Shown here: positions 14,501 to 26,006 of the stretch, piece by piece | Position numbering within the stretch: the first letter of the stretch is position 1 | How the letters are laid out: every line of letters begins with the position of its first letter | Assembly (NCBI GenBank): GCA_002269645.1 | Contig: NIVC01002673.1 | Location: 1 to 39,657, forward strand | Reading direction: 5' to 3' | Origin: Macrostomum lignano | Taxonomy: Eukaryota | DNA: 39,657 nt | The notes under the pieces: model-generated | The model's input: only the letters and a program-made list of their open reading frames with translations | Database searches by the model: none | What the model was told of the DNA's origin: nothing | Translations under genes and position numbers: made by a program

Positions 14501-14525
14501 GCTGTTCTCGCCGTAGTCGGTTCAT
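11516..14525 (-). CDS. DCUN1D1: DCN1-like NEDD8 E3 ligase (UBA-like + PONY domain), 253 aa, 4 exons
   Basis: complement(join(11516..11577,11782..11964,12552..12852,14310..14525)); 762 nt, phases 0/1/1 consistent, all GT-AG. Motifs: MNRLRREQRELVQRFVQCT..WRLDAAVDDYY, LVLAWKLQAGVQGEFSRAEF, FTFDFARE, ETAIPYWNLLL, VSRDTWNLFFDF, YDPNGAWPSLIDDFVDF. The paralog assignment (D1 vs D2) is not resolved. Confidence 0.93.
11651..11745 (+). mobile_element. SINE family 1 3' fragment with (AAT)n tail in DCN1 intron 3
   Basis: TTGCGACC..CCGTCCTTGGACTGAA.AGCCGTACGCAGCCTT matches ~3079..3122. CACATCTGCCCA.TG.GGCAGGTGTAATCAAT(AAT)n matches the 3' end of the 24429 copy. Confidence 0.75.
12036..12510. repeat. GGGATC/GGGAGTC-based minisatellite filling DCN1 intron 2, with an internal ~141-bp duplication
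   Basis: Iterated GGGAGTCGGGATC(GGGA)(T/C)CTC units. The block starting at 12201 recurs at 12342. Confidence 0.9.
13025..13367 (+). repeat. Partial SINE family 2 copy with a 50-bp internal unit tandemly amplified ~5.7 times
   Basis: 13025..13080 resembles family 2 (G.CCGCTGTACAC.CCTGTGTGAG.GTGTG). The unit GGCTCAG(A/G)AGTCAGTGGAATGGGCAGAATTGCCTCAGCGCTGGTTGTGTT repeats at 13081, 13131, 13181, 13231, 13281, and partially at 13331. Confidence 0.85.
13420..14089 (-). mobile_element. Internally deleted Tc1/mariner element (670 bp) in DCN1 intron 1
   Basis: TA on both flanks (13418-19, 14090-91). Imperfect TIRs CGAGGGGTGTCCC / GGGCACCCCTAG. A subterminal ~39-bp inverted repeat (TGAATTAAGTCGCGTGTAT.TTGGTCATTTCATTCAAAA) at ~13535 and ~14034. 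Minus-strand remnant HGMLKRWEKCVATGGDYVDK matches the mariner transposase C-terminus. Confidence 0.8.
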
Positions 14526-15186
14526 GAGCCAGATTGCACCGGATGTCAACTAATCTAGCTTTTGTTTTTGTTTGTAAAAGTACATTTCAATAACAACTAG
14601 CTAATTACTTTCTTTGTTGTCGATCAATTTTAAAGACTAGGGCATAAAATAGTTCTAAATGCTAGTTATATTAGTTAAATTGTTTAAAACACAATTGAGT
14701 CACAATTTCATTTTGTGTTCAAGCATATACTTTGCACATGTTTAATTTTTGTATAGAACACACATTGACTTTGCACAGTTTTTATTAGAATTCAGGTTGC
14801 CATTTACCACAAGTGCCCAAAAATTGAGGTGAATTTTTTTCAAGTCAAATATAGCATTAAAACAAATGTTGCAAACCGAACTTATGTTAAAAGTGCAAAG
14901 CAAAATTAAAGGCTAACAAACTATGATATTATTCCTTTTTTATCTATCAAAGAATATAATCAAAATGCATGCTAAAACTTTAATGTTTCTCTTCATATAT
15001 AATTTGCAATAGATTCAACTAATAGATTGGCTTAACCAATTTCTACCAAACTTACATTGTTAGTTAGAGATTTATTTGAATTTTGTTTTTTTTGGCTATG
15101 AGAATGCTTATTGCTAAGGGAGATTAACCATTCAATGCTAAAGATGATCTATTCTATACTACAAGCAAATTTTAATATCTCTCCTA

Positions 15187-16284
15187 TATAGAGATGCTAA
15201 TACTGGGATCCCAGTTTTGAAAAATACCAGTTTTGGGCCATTTTTGGTATTACCAATACCAGTTTTAGGGTTCAGTATTGGTCTAAAATTATGTCTACAT
15301 TTTTACAAATTTGCAATTTTTGTTTAAATTGCATTTTCCTAGACACTAAAAAATTCTTTCACTTTGGCTTTTTAGCTTTAAATTTACTTGGGATTTGGGG
15401 ATTTCTTAGAATTGGGAAAATGTTCAATTTATGCTACTATAAAGAGTAAGCCTGGGATACTCCTGGTTACATGAGTGTCTGAGTGGCAAGACACTATCTA
15501 ATCAGTCCAAGGGAGAGAGAGAAGGGCCATGTGGTGGATTGGAGTTGCCTGGGAAATGGACACACCAATGGGGAATTTCAATAGCTAATGGGGAATTCTA
15601 ACAGTTAATAAGGAATGCTGGCATAGAGAGTGGGATGTTTAATAGGGAGTGGGGAGGTAGGAAGGTAGAATGCCTAATGAATCCGTGCTAAGGCCTAATA
15701 GTAATTGCCAGAACAGGGCAATCAAGCACAAGTTGTTCTTCCTCACCGTATATTTGCTTGTATTTATAGTAATTTTACTAAATATGGCGGACAATTATTA
15801 ACAAAATTTAACCAATAGTATTGAATATTTATATAGTAAGCATAGTAAAGCAAAGCAACATATTTAACCACTTAATAAGGAAAAATAGAATTGAAATGAG
15901 TAGAAGATACATGTTTTTGTGATCTATTTAACAAACAATATAGCTGTATCAAGACAAATATGATAAGGCAATCAATAAGACAATAAAGTAAGGCTATTAA
16001 GAATGCTACTAAAATGATAAATACTGTACAAACAATTACTATTATTTCACAAATTGATTGGATTTAAAAGTCAGGACAATTCAGTAAATGATTTATAATG
16101 CATTCAAAAGATAGGCAATACAAAAATAATAGGTAAAATGCAATAAAATTCTATTTTTTTTATTTGGGAGCTAAAATATGAAAAAAGCTATTGAATTCTA
16201 GTATGCAAAACCAGTATTGGCAAAATTCTGGTATTGAATATTGGGATCCCAGTTTTGGACAAGTCTAGTATTTTAGCATCCCTA
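15187..16284. mobile_element. Non-autonomous hAT-type DNA element (~1.1 kb)
   Basis: 8-bp direct repeat CTCTCCTA at 15179..15186 and 16285..16292. Ends are (TA)TAGAGATGCTAATACT and AGTATTTTAGCATCCCTA (TAGGGATG-type TIR). GGGATCCCAGTTTT subterminal repeats at both ends. Confidence 0.75.
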
Positions 16285-16627
16285 CTCTCCTATGGCTATA
16301 CCTAATTTTTGACTGTACAAATTATTGCAAAGAACTTTTTATTAACATTTATAAAAATAACAAAGATCAAAGCCTAGTATAACACATTTGCTAATTGCCA
16401 ATATATGCAATATGGGCAATATGTGTTTTATTGAACTACATTAATAATTTATTTAGCTGCAGCTGTTTTTGCTAAAATTGATCACATCTAGATAAGATAG
16501 ATACCTAAACCTACCAACAAACCATTTTTAGTATAATGGAAGTCACAATTCTTTTCCTTTCTTGGTAAGGTGAACTATGCTATGTACATGCATCAATAAT
16601 TAAAATAGTATTTAATAGATATGTTTA

Positions 16628-16983
16628 GGGGGGCCATAGCCCAGCAGTAGCGCAGCTCCTCTGGTCTCTCCTCTGGCTCGATTCCAAGTGCAGTCACATT
16701 AATTTGGGGCTGAATTGGAATCTTGGCTTGGCTCTGCTCATGCAATTAATGGCCTTGAGAGCCAACCCCCCAAGGTACAGTGAAGTTTATATGCCTAATG
16801 ATAAATAAAGTCAGGGCTGCTGTACACTCCTGTGTGAGTGTGTGCCTGTATACATAACCGCGCACTTGTATGCCTGCTCAGGGGAGTTGGCAGAATGGGC
16901 AGTAATGCCTCTTGCTGGTTATGTACCTATGTCGCTTAAAGTATGCCAGGGTGCACACAACCCCCCTGCCTCTAATAAAAAAA
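16628..16983 (+). mobile_element. SINE-like repeat family 2, copy with a putative tRNA-like head
   Basis: GGGGGCCATAGCCCAGCAGTAG...GGCTCGATTCC head, then ~310 nt collinear with 6775..7091 and an A tail. Confidence 0.8.
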
Positions 16984-17456
16984 TAGATATGTTTTGCAAT
17001 TTAGATACTAGACTGATTTTTTAAGCAACAAGAGATTTTTGCATTTTCAAGGGTTATTAAAGTATTGTACGTAACGTAGTAAGTACTAGGCCTAAACATT
17101 TCAGAAATTACCATATAGGCCTACCATTGTAGCAAATTGTAGCAGCTCATGACTATCATTATCACAAATTATGTAAACCTATGTGAATAGTAATTTTTGG
17201 ATATTAAAGATGTATGTTTAGTCATGTTTACTACATAGCAATCAAACTTTACTTTTTAGTTAGGGGCCTATGCTTCAAAAATTTTCCTCATAGAATATTT
17301 ATTACAAAGAGCAGTAGGCCTAGGAAAAGTTTAAGGATCTGAAATGTAGTATTAAATTGCTTTCTTATTTTTGTATGCACTTTCAAACAATTCTCGAAAG
17401 GTGCTATATTATCGGTGGTGTGCGTCATTCATTTTGTCTGCTGCCTTTTTGTCGTC

Positions 17457-17716
17457 GGGCCTTTTCATATTGCTTGCTCTGGTTCCAGAACCAGAACAAA
17501 TTTGTGAAGTATAACTTTTTGTCTCCGTAACTATAGGGAAATACGTGCTATAAAGTTTTTATTATTGAATGACAATCGCCAAGAAAAAAGTGAAAAATTG
17601 TGCTAAGTTAGGTTGTTAAGTCAGTAAAATATTAACAGAGTTAAATAGTTATACTGGTGTTTTTCTTGGAATTCCGAACCGATTCTGGTTCTGGAATTGG
17701 TAATATGAAAAGGCCC
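17457..17716. mobile_element. 260-bp MITE with GGGCCTTTTCATATT TIRs
   Basis: Perfect 15-bp TIR, plus TTCCAGAACCAGAA shared by both arms. Flanked by GTC(GTC) on both sides. Superfamily uncertain (Harbinger-like termini). Confidence 0.75.
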
Positions 17717-18938
17717 GTCGTCGTCTGCCGTCAGACGTAAAAACTTTTTTTTAAAGTGAAATATAGCCACGAAAACTGTTTAGCTTTTTTTTCATAACAA
17801 GAAATTGCGAGTCATGCAAAAAGTTATTATGTGATATCTTTTTTGCATGCGTAATATTGTTTAACGCAGTATTTCAAAGAAATATATATAATTTAAACAT
17901 CCGTTAAAAAAGTGAATGAGCTCGAGATCATGAGCATTGTTATGATCCCTGGCCCCATCCCGATGATAATAACGCATTTGCTGTCCTGTTGCAAAGTTTA
18001 TATAAACTTGTAACTTCGAATTATATTTAATAATTTTAAATTTAATGATAAAATCCATTTTTTCTTGACCTATACTATATTTGACTAGAATTTCTCCTTT
18101 GATATCGAATATCTCATAAGTTAAAATAATGGCATGCATTAGACCCCTTATGGCCCTATTCAAGGGTGTTGCCATAGATTTTATGGTAGAGGGGATAAAG
18201 CCAAGAGTTCTACATGTAAATGTACACTTATACATATTTTTTAGTATTTTCAGCACTCAGCACTATATTTGGTGTTGCAGTCACTTTATTTTAGTGCCAC
18301 AGGCACATTTTGGTGCTGCAGATATTATGTTTTGTTACACTTAAGCAAATTGATTTCTATACTGGGATACAAACTTGGGAGACAAAGCAATGGTATTCCC
18401 CACCATCTTTTACTGGAAGTATGTCCCTTTGTCCACTAGTATCAACATCCTTTGGCAATACTTGTAAAATATAAGTGCATTTGCTGCTGCTATACTAGGC
18501 CCACCTTTTTGTCTGTGCTTATAGTATTATAATATAGTATGATACTATAATATAATACAATAACACTCAACTCCAATGAGCCAAAAGTAAAAGACAGCCA
18601 ATTCTAGAATAAATTTCTTAAAAATTTTGTTTTGTCAATTTTTCTCTAAAAACAATTATTTAATTTTGGCACTAGTAAATCTCTCTTTTTTCATTTTTTT
18701 AATGCCAATGCCAGCAATCTTTTAATCAATATTTGATATGGACTGATAACCTATATATTTATTTCAATTACCTACTGTGTGATTTGCTCTCCATGAAGTG
18801 TACATAGTACTTATTTTATAATTACTTATTTAAATTCTTTTTGTTTCATTAGCCATGAAATTTTGTTTAAAGATTCATAGAAAAATTCTAGCTGCTCTTT
18901 CATATACTATATTTTTTACAAAACTTTACTCACTAAAT

Positions 18939-19190
18939 GACCTGTATAACTTTCATTGACACATTTTCAGATGCATCATTCCAAAACTTTTACAACACCT
19001 TAAAAGCTGCAAAAAAGTGTCAGAAAAAGTGCCATAATAGTTAACTTTTGCTGACACTTTTTCTAACACTTTTTGCAACATTTTAATGTGTTTTTAGGAA
19101 GATTTGTTAGCAAAAGTTACATTTTAAATGTTGTAAAAGTATTGGAAGATATATCTTGTCTACAGTTGACAAAAGTTATATAGGTAGGTC
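18939..19190. mobile_element. 252-bp MITE with imperfect TIRs and an 8-bp TSD
   Basis: Ends GACCTGTATAACT / AGTTATATAGGTAGGTC. Inner inverted repeat TTCCAAAACTTTTACAACA / TGTTGTAAAAGTATTGGAA. Flanks CACTAAAT and TACTAAAT. Confidence 0.65.
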
Positions 19191-19310
19191 TACTAAATTG
19201 CTTACATTTACATACATGATACATGTATATAAAATATTGTGTTAATTGGAAAAAAATAAAAGAAGTCTATAAATTTCTGCAAAAAATTATAATTGCTTAA
19301 CTAATTTATA

Positions 19311-20190
19311 CAGTGTTTGGAGTGTGGAGCGAATTTGCGCTTGGTGCAAAAATGGCTCGGACAGGCGCAAATCCACAAATTCTGAAGCCATGGTGCAAAT
19401 TTTTTGGCTCCTCAATGGCGCAAATTTTCAAGCCCTGTTTCATCTAATTGCCTATAAACAGCAAATTTTGCTGCCTTTTTCTACTTGTCTGTCACTTCTG
19501 TTTTTATTAAAATTTCCAAAACTGTATAAACCATGTTTGTAGCCTACACACCAAACTTTTTTGCCTTTTGAGTCCCGTGTTATTTCATTCTAGTACTTTT
19601 ACCACTTGCTTTGCCTTGTTGTCTTCCTAGTTGCTACTAGTTATTTTCCTCCAAGGGGACAAGAATAATATAAGGAAATATTGTGTTGTGTGTTTTGTGC
19701 ATTATTATAGAAGATTGAGCTGGGAAAATGCAGTAGACCAGTGATGTGCCCGTCTACCAGATGAGATGCCAGTAGAAAAGGAAGTTGGATGTAATTATAG
19801 GTAGAATAGAGGGCATGTAGTTCATGAAATGCTTCATTCCACTTTTCCCATGGTTTGCTTTGATGGCAGTGTATTAATTGAGGCCCAAGATCAAGTTGCT
19901 AATATTCTAAAGAATTTGTTATTCAGTTTACATTCTACTCATTTCTAGTAATCAGTAGTTACCTACAAGCCAGTGTGCCTGTGTCAGATATAGTTAAAAA
20001 CATAGTTTCATAATGTCGTGCATACATTACATTATTTTAAAATTTGAACTAAAATTTTAAAATTTGTCTAAAATTTGAACACTACCGGGATTTACCTATT
20101 GTTTTCAGTAGACTACGCCCCTAGGCATACTCATAGGTGCAAATATACCCCAGGCGCGAAAAATTGCAGGACCCCTCGCTCCGAACACTG
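19311..20190. mobile_element. Non-autonomous hAT-type element (880 bp)
   Basis: TIRs CAGTGTTTGGAGTG / CGCTCCGAACACTG. Exact 8-bp TSD AATTTATA at 19303..19310 and 20191..20198. Confidence 0.8.
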
Positions 20191-20253
20191 AATTTATACT
20201 TAGACCAATTCAGCTGCTCCCATTTTTGTCCATGACACTGGTTACTTTGGTTT

Positions 20254-20811
20254 CCAGTTCATTTGTCTACTAACAGTTCATCTGCTAAGTATATGAACCA
20301 ACTTTTTCTTATAAAACTGTTTGTCTGCTGGGAAATAGGGTGGGGATGATTGAGGAGTAGGGTGAGGACTACGGAACTACCCAGCAAACTTCTCTCCATT
20401 GGCGTCAACATTGTTAAGGTGGTTCACAATGGGTCTTTCATCATTTTTAACAAACTATTTCACAATATACACCTACAATAAGTCTCCCTCTTTCTCTAAA
20501 CTGTTTTCCCTAGTAAACTTGCATGTTGCTATAGCTGCATCTAGAGCATGCATTTAAAATAATAAAAATAATAAAAAATTTAAAAGAAGTCCCTAGTAGG
20601 TCTATATATGTAGATGACATATTCGTCATTCAAAGAGACTAACTGTCTCTATAGCATTTTAACAATGTTAATGAAGAAGTTAGGGGTTGGGCAGTTTCCC
20701 ACCCCACCCTACTCCTTATCCTCACCTCAATTCCTAGTAGACAAAAAGTTTTACAAAGAAAAAACTTTTTGTCTACTCAGCAGAAGAACTATTAGCAGAC
20801 AAAACAACTGG
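20254..20811. repeat. Long imperfect inverted repeat (~135-bp arms), probable MITE/foldback element
   Basis: Arm 20254..20392 is the reverse complement of arm 20676..20811. Differences are mostly transitions. TSD not identified. Confidence 0.65.
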
Positions 20812-21939
20812 CACCCATTATTTTTGCTAGCAGCCAAATTGGCAGCAGACAAATTGACTGGGAACCACATTTTTCTTAGTTAGGCTTATCAGTTGTTAGG
20901 GTCTAATATATTGACATAATTCTGATTCTGATTACAGAACCAATCAGACTAATAATGAGACTAATTCTGATTTCAGAACCAAATTAGTAGGAAAATGAAA
21001 CCATCAAATGTATTTTATATGTTTAAATATTAGTATTTTTAATTAAGCATAATATTTAGGCTACTTTTGTCTTTATTTGACTTATTTCATCCTCTCAGCT
21101 AGTCTATATGACAATTTTATATTGTTTGTCCATTTGTCTGTCTTTGATTTTTTTGAAAACTATTAAAATTAGCTTTAAAAGGTCTAATCTTCTGGCAATT
21201 AGTTATAACCTTTTTTGATGAAAAAAATCAAATGGGAAGTAGGTCAAATGTTTAAAAAAAGTTTTTTATTTTTTTCAATAGGCACTTTTTTAATTTAATT
21301 GCTTAGTTCAACCGTTTAGGCCTCTCCTTGGCCTATGCACAATGTTCAATATTCACAATACTGTTTAGCTAAGAAGTTTTATGACCCTTTGTGTGGCGTG
21401 GCAGGCTTGCAATTTAATTGTGGTATTGATTGATTTTTATTGTTTATTTAACTAGTCTGATAGCCAATGATTAATGAAAGTATAGGGAATTATAAAGATT
21501 TTTTGTTTCTAGATCAGAATTTTAAGGCCATGCTCAAGAAGTTAACAGGGTATATATTAGAATGAAATTTTGGCAATAGCTAATTGTGTTCAAAAAATGA
21601 AATTCTGTACCAGGAATATCTCTCTAAAAAGGTCATTTAAATGAAAGATTTTTTATTTTTATATGGCTTACCAGACTGTATACCAAATATACATAAAAAA
21701 TGTAGCATATAAGGTACATTTTTTAAAGCATGGAAATAAAGTCTAGGCCTAAAGATAATAGATCAATCTGTGATTAAAACAGCTAGTTAAAGCAAGCAAC
21801 AAAATTAAGTTTGTTTATCTTTCATGATTGGCTAGATAAAAAGTGACAAAAGAAGTTGTTATGATTTGTAGAAGTGTAGCTTGTCTAACAAATAGTAGGA
21901 AAATAAACGTCAACAAAAACATAAAAAGTTAACTTTGGT

Positions 21940-23150
21940 AAATTCTAGCCAACGCATTTCATCAAACATAAGACATTGTCAGGGCAAATTCAATCAACCT
22001 AAGATCACACCACCAATATATTTAAGCAAAAATCACTGTACAGTCCAGAGGCGGGTCAACACAGTCCGGTAGAATTTAGAAAGTGCCAAGTACACAACAA
22101 CGTGAGAGAGAAAAAAAATAATAAATAGGCATAGCTCTGCTCACAGTACTCTTAGCTCACGCTCCACCCCATTGCTAGCAAGCTGCACATTCAGGTTGGG
22201 TTTGTGCATTCTGATATATGAAGCTTCGATAATCTTAAGCTGGTGGTCAAATTTGCACCCATCCAGCACTTTAAAGAGCTGAATCGGTTCACTGTCACAG
22301 CATTTTTTACAAACAAGCAGATGGTCATTAATCGCAGAGCTTTTTAGCCAATGTTCCCTAGCTCTAGTGTGCAGGTGTCGCTTCGTTTTTCCAATGTAGG
22401 AAATGCTCTGATCCTCAGTGCAGCGAAATTGGTAAACAACACCAGCCCTTAGAGCAAGTGGAACAGCTGACTTGAGCCTGCTAGCATAGCAACCAATCTT
22501 TTCGGTGCGAAACACAATCCTAACGGTGCACTTAAGCCATTTGCTAAACATTTTCTCAAGTTTTTTCTTAAAGTCAAGCGAAGTGTTGCCAAAAAATGGG
22601 AGAACCAACAGAGCGTCCCAAGAATCTATCTCCGGTTGCCTGGGTCTCGCATTGCTAGAAACTTTCTTAGTGACAAATGCATTGATAATATGGCTGACAA
22701 AACTGAGAGGGTAACCATTAGATCTAAGGATTTTAGTCAGGGCACAAACCTCTTGGTAAAATAAACTCCAAGAACTGCTCACCTCGTAGGCTCCATGAAG
22801 AAGGCACCTAACTAACCCGGATTTCCAGTGAGTTGGACATAAAGCATGAAAACTTAACATCAGCCCAGTAAATGTCAGTTTACGGTAAACTTTCATAAGA
22901 GGACAGTGTCCAGAACAGAAAGAAATGTTATGATTTCTTCTCTAGTGGAAAAAAATGAGCGAAGACCTCTTAATAACTGCTCTCTAAACAATGTTTCTTA
23001 TTTCATGTTGTCATAACATTATTTTTTTATTTTCAAGCTTGAAGCATCGCTTCTTTAGCTTATGGCTAGGTGTATGTGCAACTGAGTCGTCTATGGCCAC
23101 ACCCAACAGAAGTGTCTTCCCCATACTGCTAATGGTATCCTATTGCAGCC
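21940..23150 (-). mobile_element. Penelope-like retroelement 3' fragment: RT C-terminal/thumb region + GIY-YIG endonuclease (ORF 22141..22896)
   Basis: VYRKLTFTG, NGYP, LPFFG, GVVYQFRC...SYIGKTKRHLHTRAREH...SAINDHL...LKIIEASYIRMHKPNLN is the typical PLE thumb + GIY-YIG signature. Upstream RT is degraded (GVAIDDSV cf. GVAMGSPL). Confidence 0.88.
21949..21982 (-). ncRNA. Putative decayed hammerhead ribozyme core in the Penelope 3' repeat
   Basis: Minus strand reads CTGACAATGTC-TTATGTTT-GATGAAATGCGTTGG. Three CpG-type reversions give CTGACGA-TGTC..GAC-GAAAC-GCGTTGG. Located ~160 nt downstream of the GIY-YIG stop. Stems I and III were not confidently folded. Confidence 0.4.
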
Positions 23151-23217
23151 AATGGCCATTTTCAACTATCTAGCATCTGTGCATTTAGCACAGATTGGTC
23201 TTTAGCTATATAGGCAC

Positions 23218-23406
23218 AGCGTGGGTGGCGGGAGGTTGGGGCACCAGGGGCACATGCCCCCCCCCCTAGAAAATGAGTCTACATGGTATAGCATTTTTAG
23301 TGCTTTTTCTGATTTTAGGCCCTAATTAGCAGCTTATAAAGGTACCTGTGCCCCCTTTGCCCTGTGCCTGATGCCCCCCCTAAAATATTTGGCTCCACTG
23401 CCCCTG
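23218..23406. mobile_element. Possible small DNA-transposon remnant with (C)AGGGGC-type termini
   Basis: G/C-rich island in AT-rich DNA containing GGGGCACATGCCCCCCC and ending in GGCTCCACTGCCCCTG. Flanks TAGGCAC / GAGGCAC. Confidence 0.35.
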
Positions 23407-24307
23407 AGGCACAATCTAATATACTAGTATAGTCTAGCACTAGAAAGGGGGGCATCTGGCACAGATCAGACCTTGACTACAAATGGGTGATAATATAATA
23501 CCTAGAGTAAGAAAATATAGCATATAGCATTAGATAGTTTTTTCAGTAGAATAATGGTGCCATTTGGCATTCTAGGTCCAAAACCCTGATGTTAAACTGA
23601 AAACTAGAATTCCAGGTGGCATCAAAAAAAAACTTTTGAAATTAAGAAAATTCCTATCTTTAATCTGCCCCTCACGCTGCTCTGACTTTGAGAGCCTTTG
23701 ACCTATATCCTAAAATGCACTACATTTCTATTCTAATGAATTCTATGCCATTTTAGATCAACTATCAAATGATTTTATTTGTTACAAGTTTAGTAAGTTG
23801 GTATTAATCTTAGAAAAAACAGGGTGACAATTTGGCATTGGGGTTCTAAGTCTAGGATACCAAAATAAAAGTCAGGATGTCATGGCATCTATATACCACA
23901 GAAAACCTAGAGTAATAGTAACCTATGCACTAAGGTTTTTATTCAATAGGGTTTCTACATAGGCCTAATAACTTTCTAAATTATATAGTTCTAGCCTATG
24001 CAAAGAAATTTTTAGCAACTGCATTAAAATTTATTGACACTTTAGATAACTATCAATAAAAAATAGGCCTCGATACTCAAATTTTTGCATTTTATTTGCT
24101 ATTGGCTAATGCTAAGCAATGTATCTAGTTATTCTAATATCTGTAAGTCAACCAGGTTGTAAAAAATGGTTTTTATTGCAATAGTTATTTGTATTTATTT
24201 TATTTTTATATAGGTTAATCTAATATTTCATCAAATTACTTAATATTAGTAGACTTTAATACTTTATAATTACTATGCATGTTGTCAATATTAGTACAAA
24301 GCCACAA

Positions 24308-26006
24308 ATGTTATCACAAGACTCGCAGTATGGAACTGTTAATGGAGCTCAAGGTTCTTCTGATGCTGCCATTGATCGTGTAAGTTCATAAATCATAATG
24401 AGAGATTAACAAGATTTGTAGTTGACATGGGGGTTGTAGCCTAGTGGTCAGAGCATTGGACTCATGACTTGAAGGTTGGGTGTTCGATTCCCGAATCCCA
24501 CTGGAACAATTTGTGTCCTTGAGCAAGACACTTAACTCTGCATCGCTTCAGTTCACCCAGCTGTAAAATGGATGCCAGCATTAGCGTGTGTGTGGCGACC
24601 GTCAGACAGCTGCGTCTGAGCTGTTGGTTGCACATCTGCCCATTGAGGCAGGTGTAATCAATTATTATTATTAGTTGGCATGCTCTTGTCAAAGTAAAAA
24701 TGAAACTTAATAGTATATAAAAAGTGATTTGCTTTAAAGTATTGTATTTTGGTATTACAGTATACTTATGGCACTTTCTGTAACACCAAATTGCATTATT
24801 TTTATTTTAGATCGTTTGTGACATGCCCGGGACCTCACACAGTTCAGCTGCTAGAGATGAGTAAGTTTACCTGCCATTTTTATTGACTGAGTTTGAAAAT
24901 GCATATGTTATTTATTATGTCTGACAGTCCCAGAACCCTACGGGATAGAGAAAGAATGTTCTACAGTCCCATTAAGAATGCCCGATTCGTTTGCAGCGCC
25001 GATGCAGAGCCGGGTCCCGTGCCCAACATGAGCTTCAGCTATCAGGTCAGAACACACCGAACTCCGGCTCCATCGCGGCTGGATGTGATCAAAGCGCCAC
25101 TGCTCAAATACGGTCCTAGGTGAGTAAACTTTACAGCTTCTTTTAGTCACTAAGGCTTGATTTGAATCGAACAGCAACGTCTTGTATACTGAAATCTTAA
25201 TTTCTAGCTGGCTGTCCCATCCTGAGATCCAGCATCACTGTCGCCTCATTCTGCTTTCGTCGTTTTTCTGCACCTTTGGCGTTGGTAAGCTTTATAATGT
25301 TTGTGTATTTGTTTTACTTCTAATGTCATTTCTTTCATCTCCTCTCCGTCTGGCTCACGCAGTGCTGCTGATAGTCGGCGTGTACATCCTGAGCGCGCCG
25401 CCGCATCCGAATTTCAGCGCCATCTTCATTGTTGGCGGAGTGATCATCTTCATTCCCGGCAGTGAGATTCTGACTGCTAATTTTGGCGTTGCACACTTTC
25501 CACCAACCCCAATCATATCGCTCACCCCTGCCTGCCCCCACAAACCCCAATCGATGTACATCGCTCACTCCCTGCCCGTCCCTACCAACCCCAATCAATG
25601 TACATCGCTCACTCCCTGCCCGTCCCTACCAACCCCAATCAATGTACATCGCTCACTCCCTGCCCGTCCCTACCAACCCCAATGAATGTACATCGCTCAC
25701 TCCCTGCCCGTCCCTACCAACCCCAATGAATGGACATCGCTCAGTCCCTGCACATCGCTCACTCCCTGCTTTTCCCTGCCAACCCCAATCAATGTACATC
25801 GCTCACTCCCTACCCGTTTCTACCAACCCCAATCAATGTACATCGCTCATCCAACCTTGTCACCAGCAACCCTAATGAATGTACATGAATGTACATCGCT
25901 TACTTTTTTGTCAATCAATTCCGCAGTTTACCATTTGGTTTATGTTCTACGCGCCTATCACGGCCACGAAGGCTACTCATTCCAGGACCTGCCAATCATG
26001 GATTAG
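24308..26006 (+). CDS. TMEM134: TMEM134-like membrane protein, 189 aa, 6 exons
   Basis: join(24308..24379,24811..24860,24928..25119,25208..25284,25363..25461,25927..26006); 570 nt, phases 0/2/2/1/1 consistent, all GT-AG. C-terminus SWLSHPEIQHHCRLILLSSFFCTFGVVLLIVGVYILSAPPHPNFSAIFIVGGVIIFIPGIYHLVYVLRAYHGHEGYSFQDLPIMD fits the TMEM134/TMEM230 family (two TM helices, PG.YH, G..G(Y/F).(F/Y)..LP). The HP.I...R.(V/I)L motif favours TMEM134. Confidence 0.85.
24429..24672 (+). mobile_element. tRNA-derived SINE family 1 copy in TMEM134 intron 1
   Basis: GGGGTTGTAGCCTAGTGG head, GTTCGATTCC B box, the same central domain as the 2906 copy, and an (ATT)n tail. Confidence 0.85.
25504..25850. repeat. 44-bp minisatellite (~7-8 copies) in TMEM134 intron 5
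   Basis: Unit CCCCAATCAATGTACATCGCTCACTCCCTGCCCGTCCCTACCAA; TGTACATCGCTC recurs at 25555, 25599, 25643, 25687. Confidence 0.9.

Noticed and set aside
17861-21000. AT-rich ORFs at 17861..18256, 18129..18344, 19324..19542, 20614..20883
   Set aside because: No recognisable motifs; they lie in or among decayed repeats.
25483-26006. Pro/Ser/His-rich ORFs 25483..25875 and 25686..26006
   Set aside because: Derived from the 44-bp intronic repeat; only 25927..26006 is a real exon.
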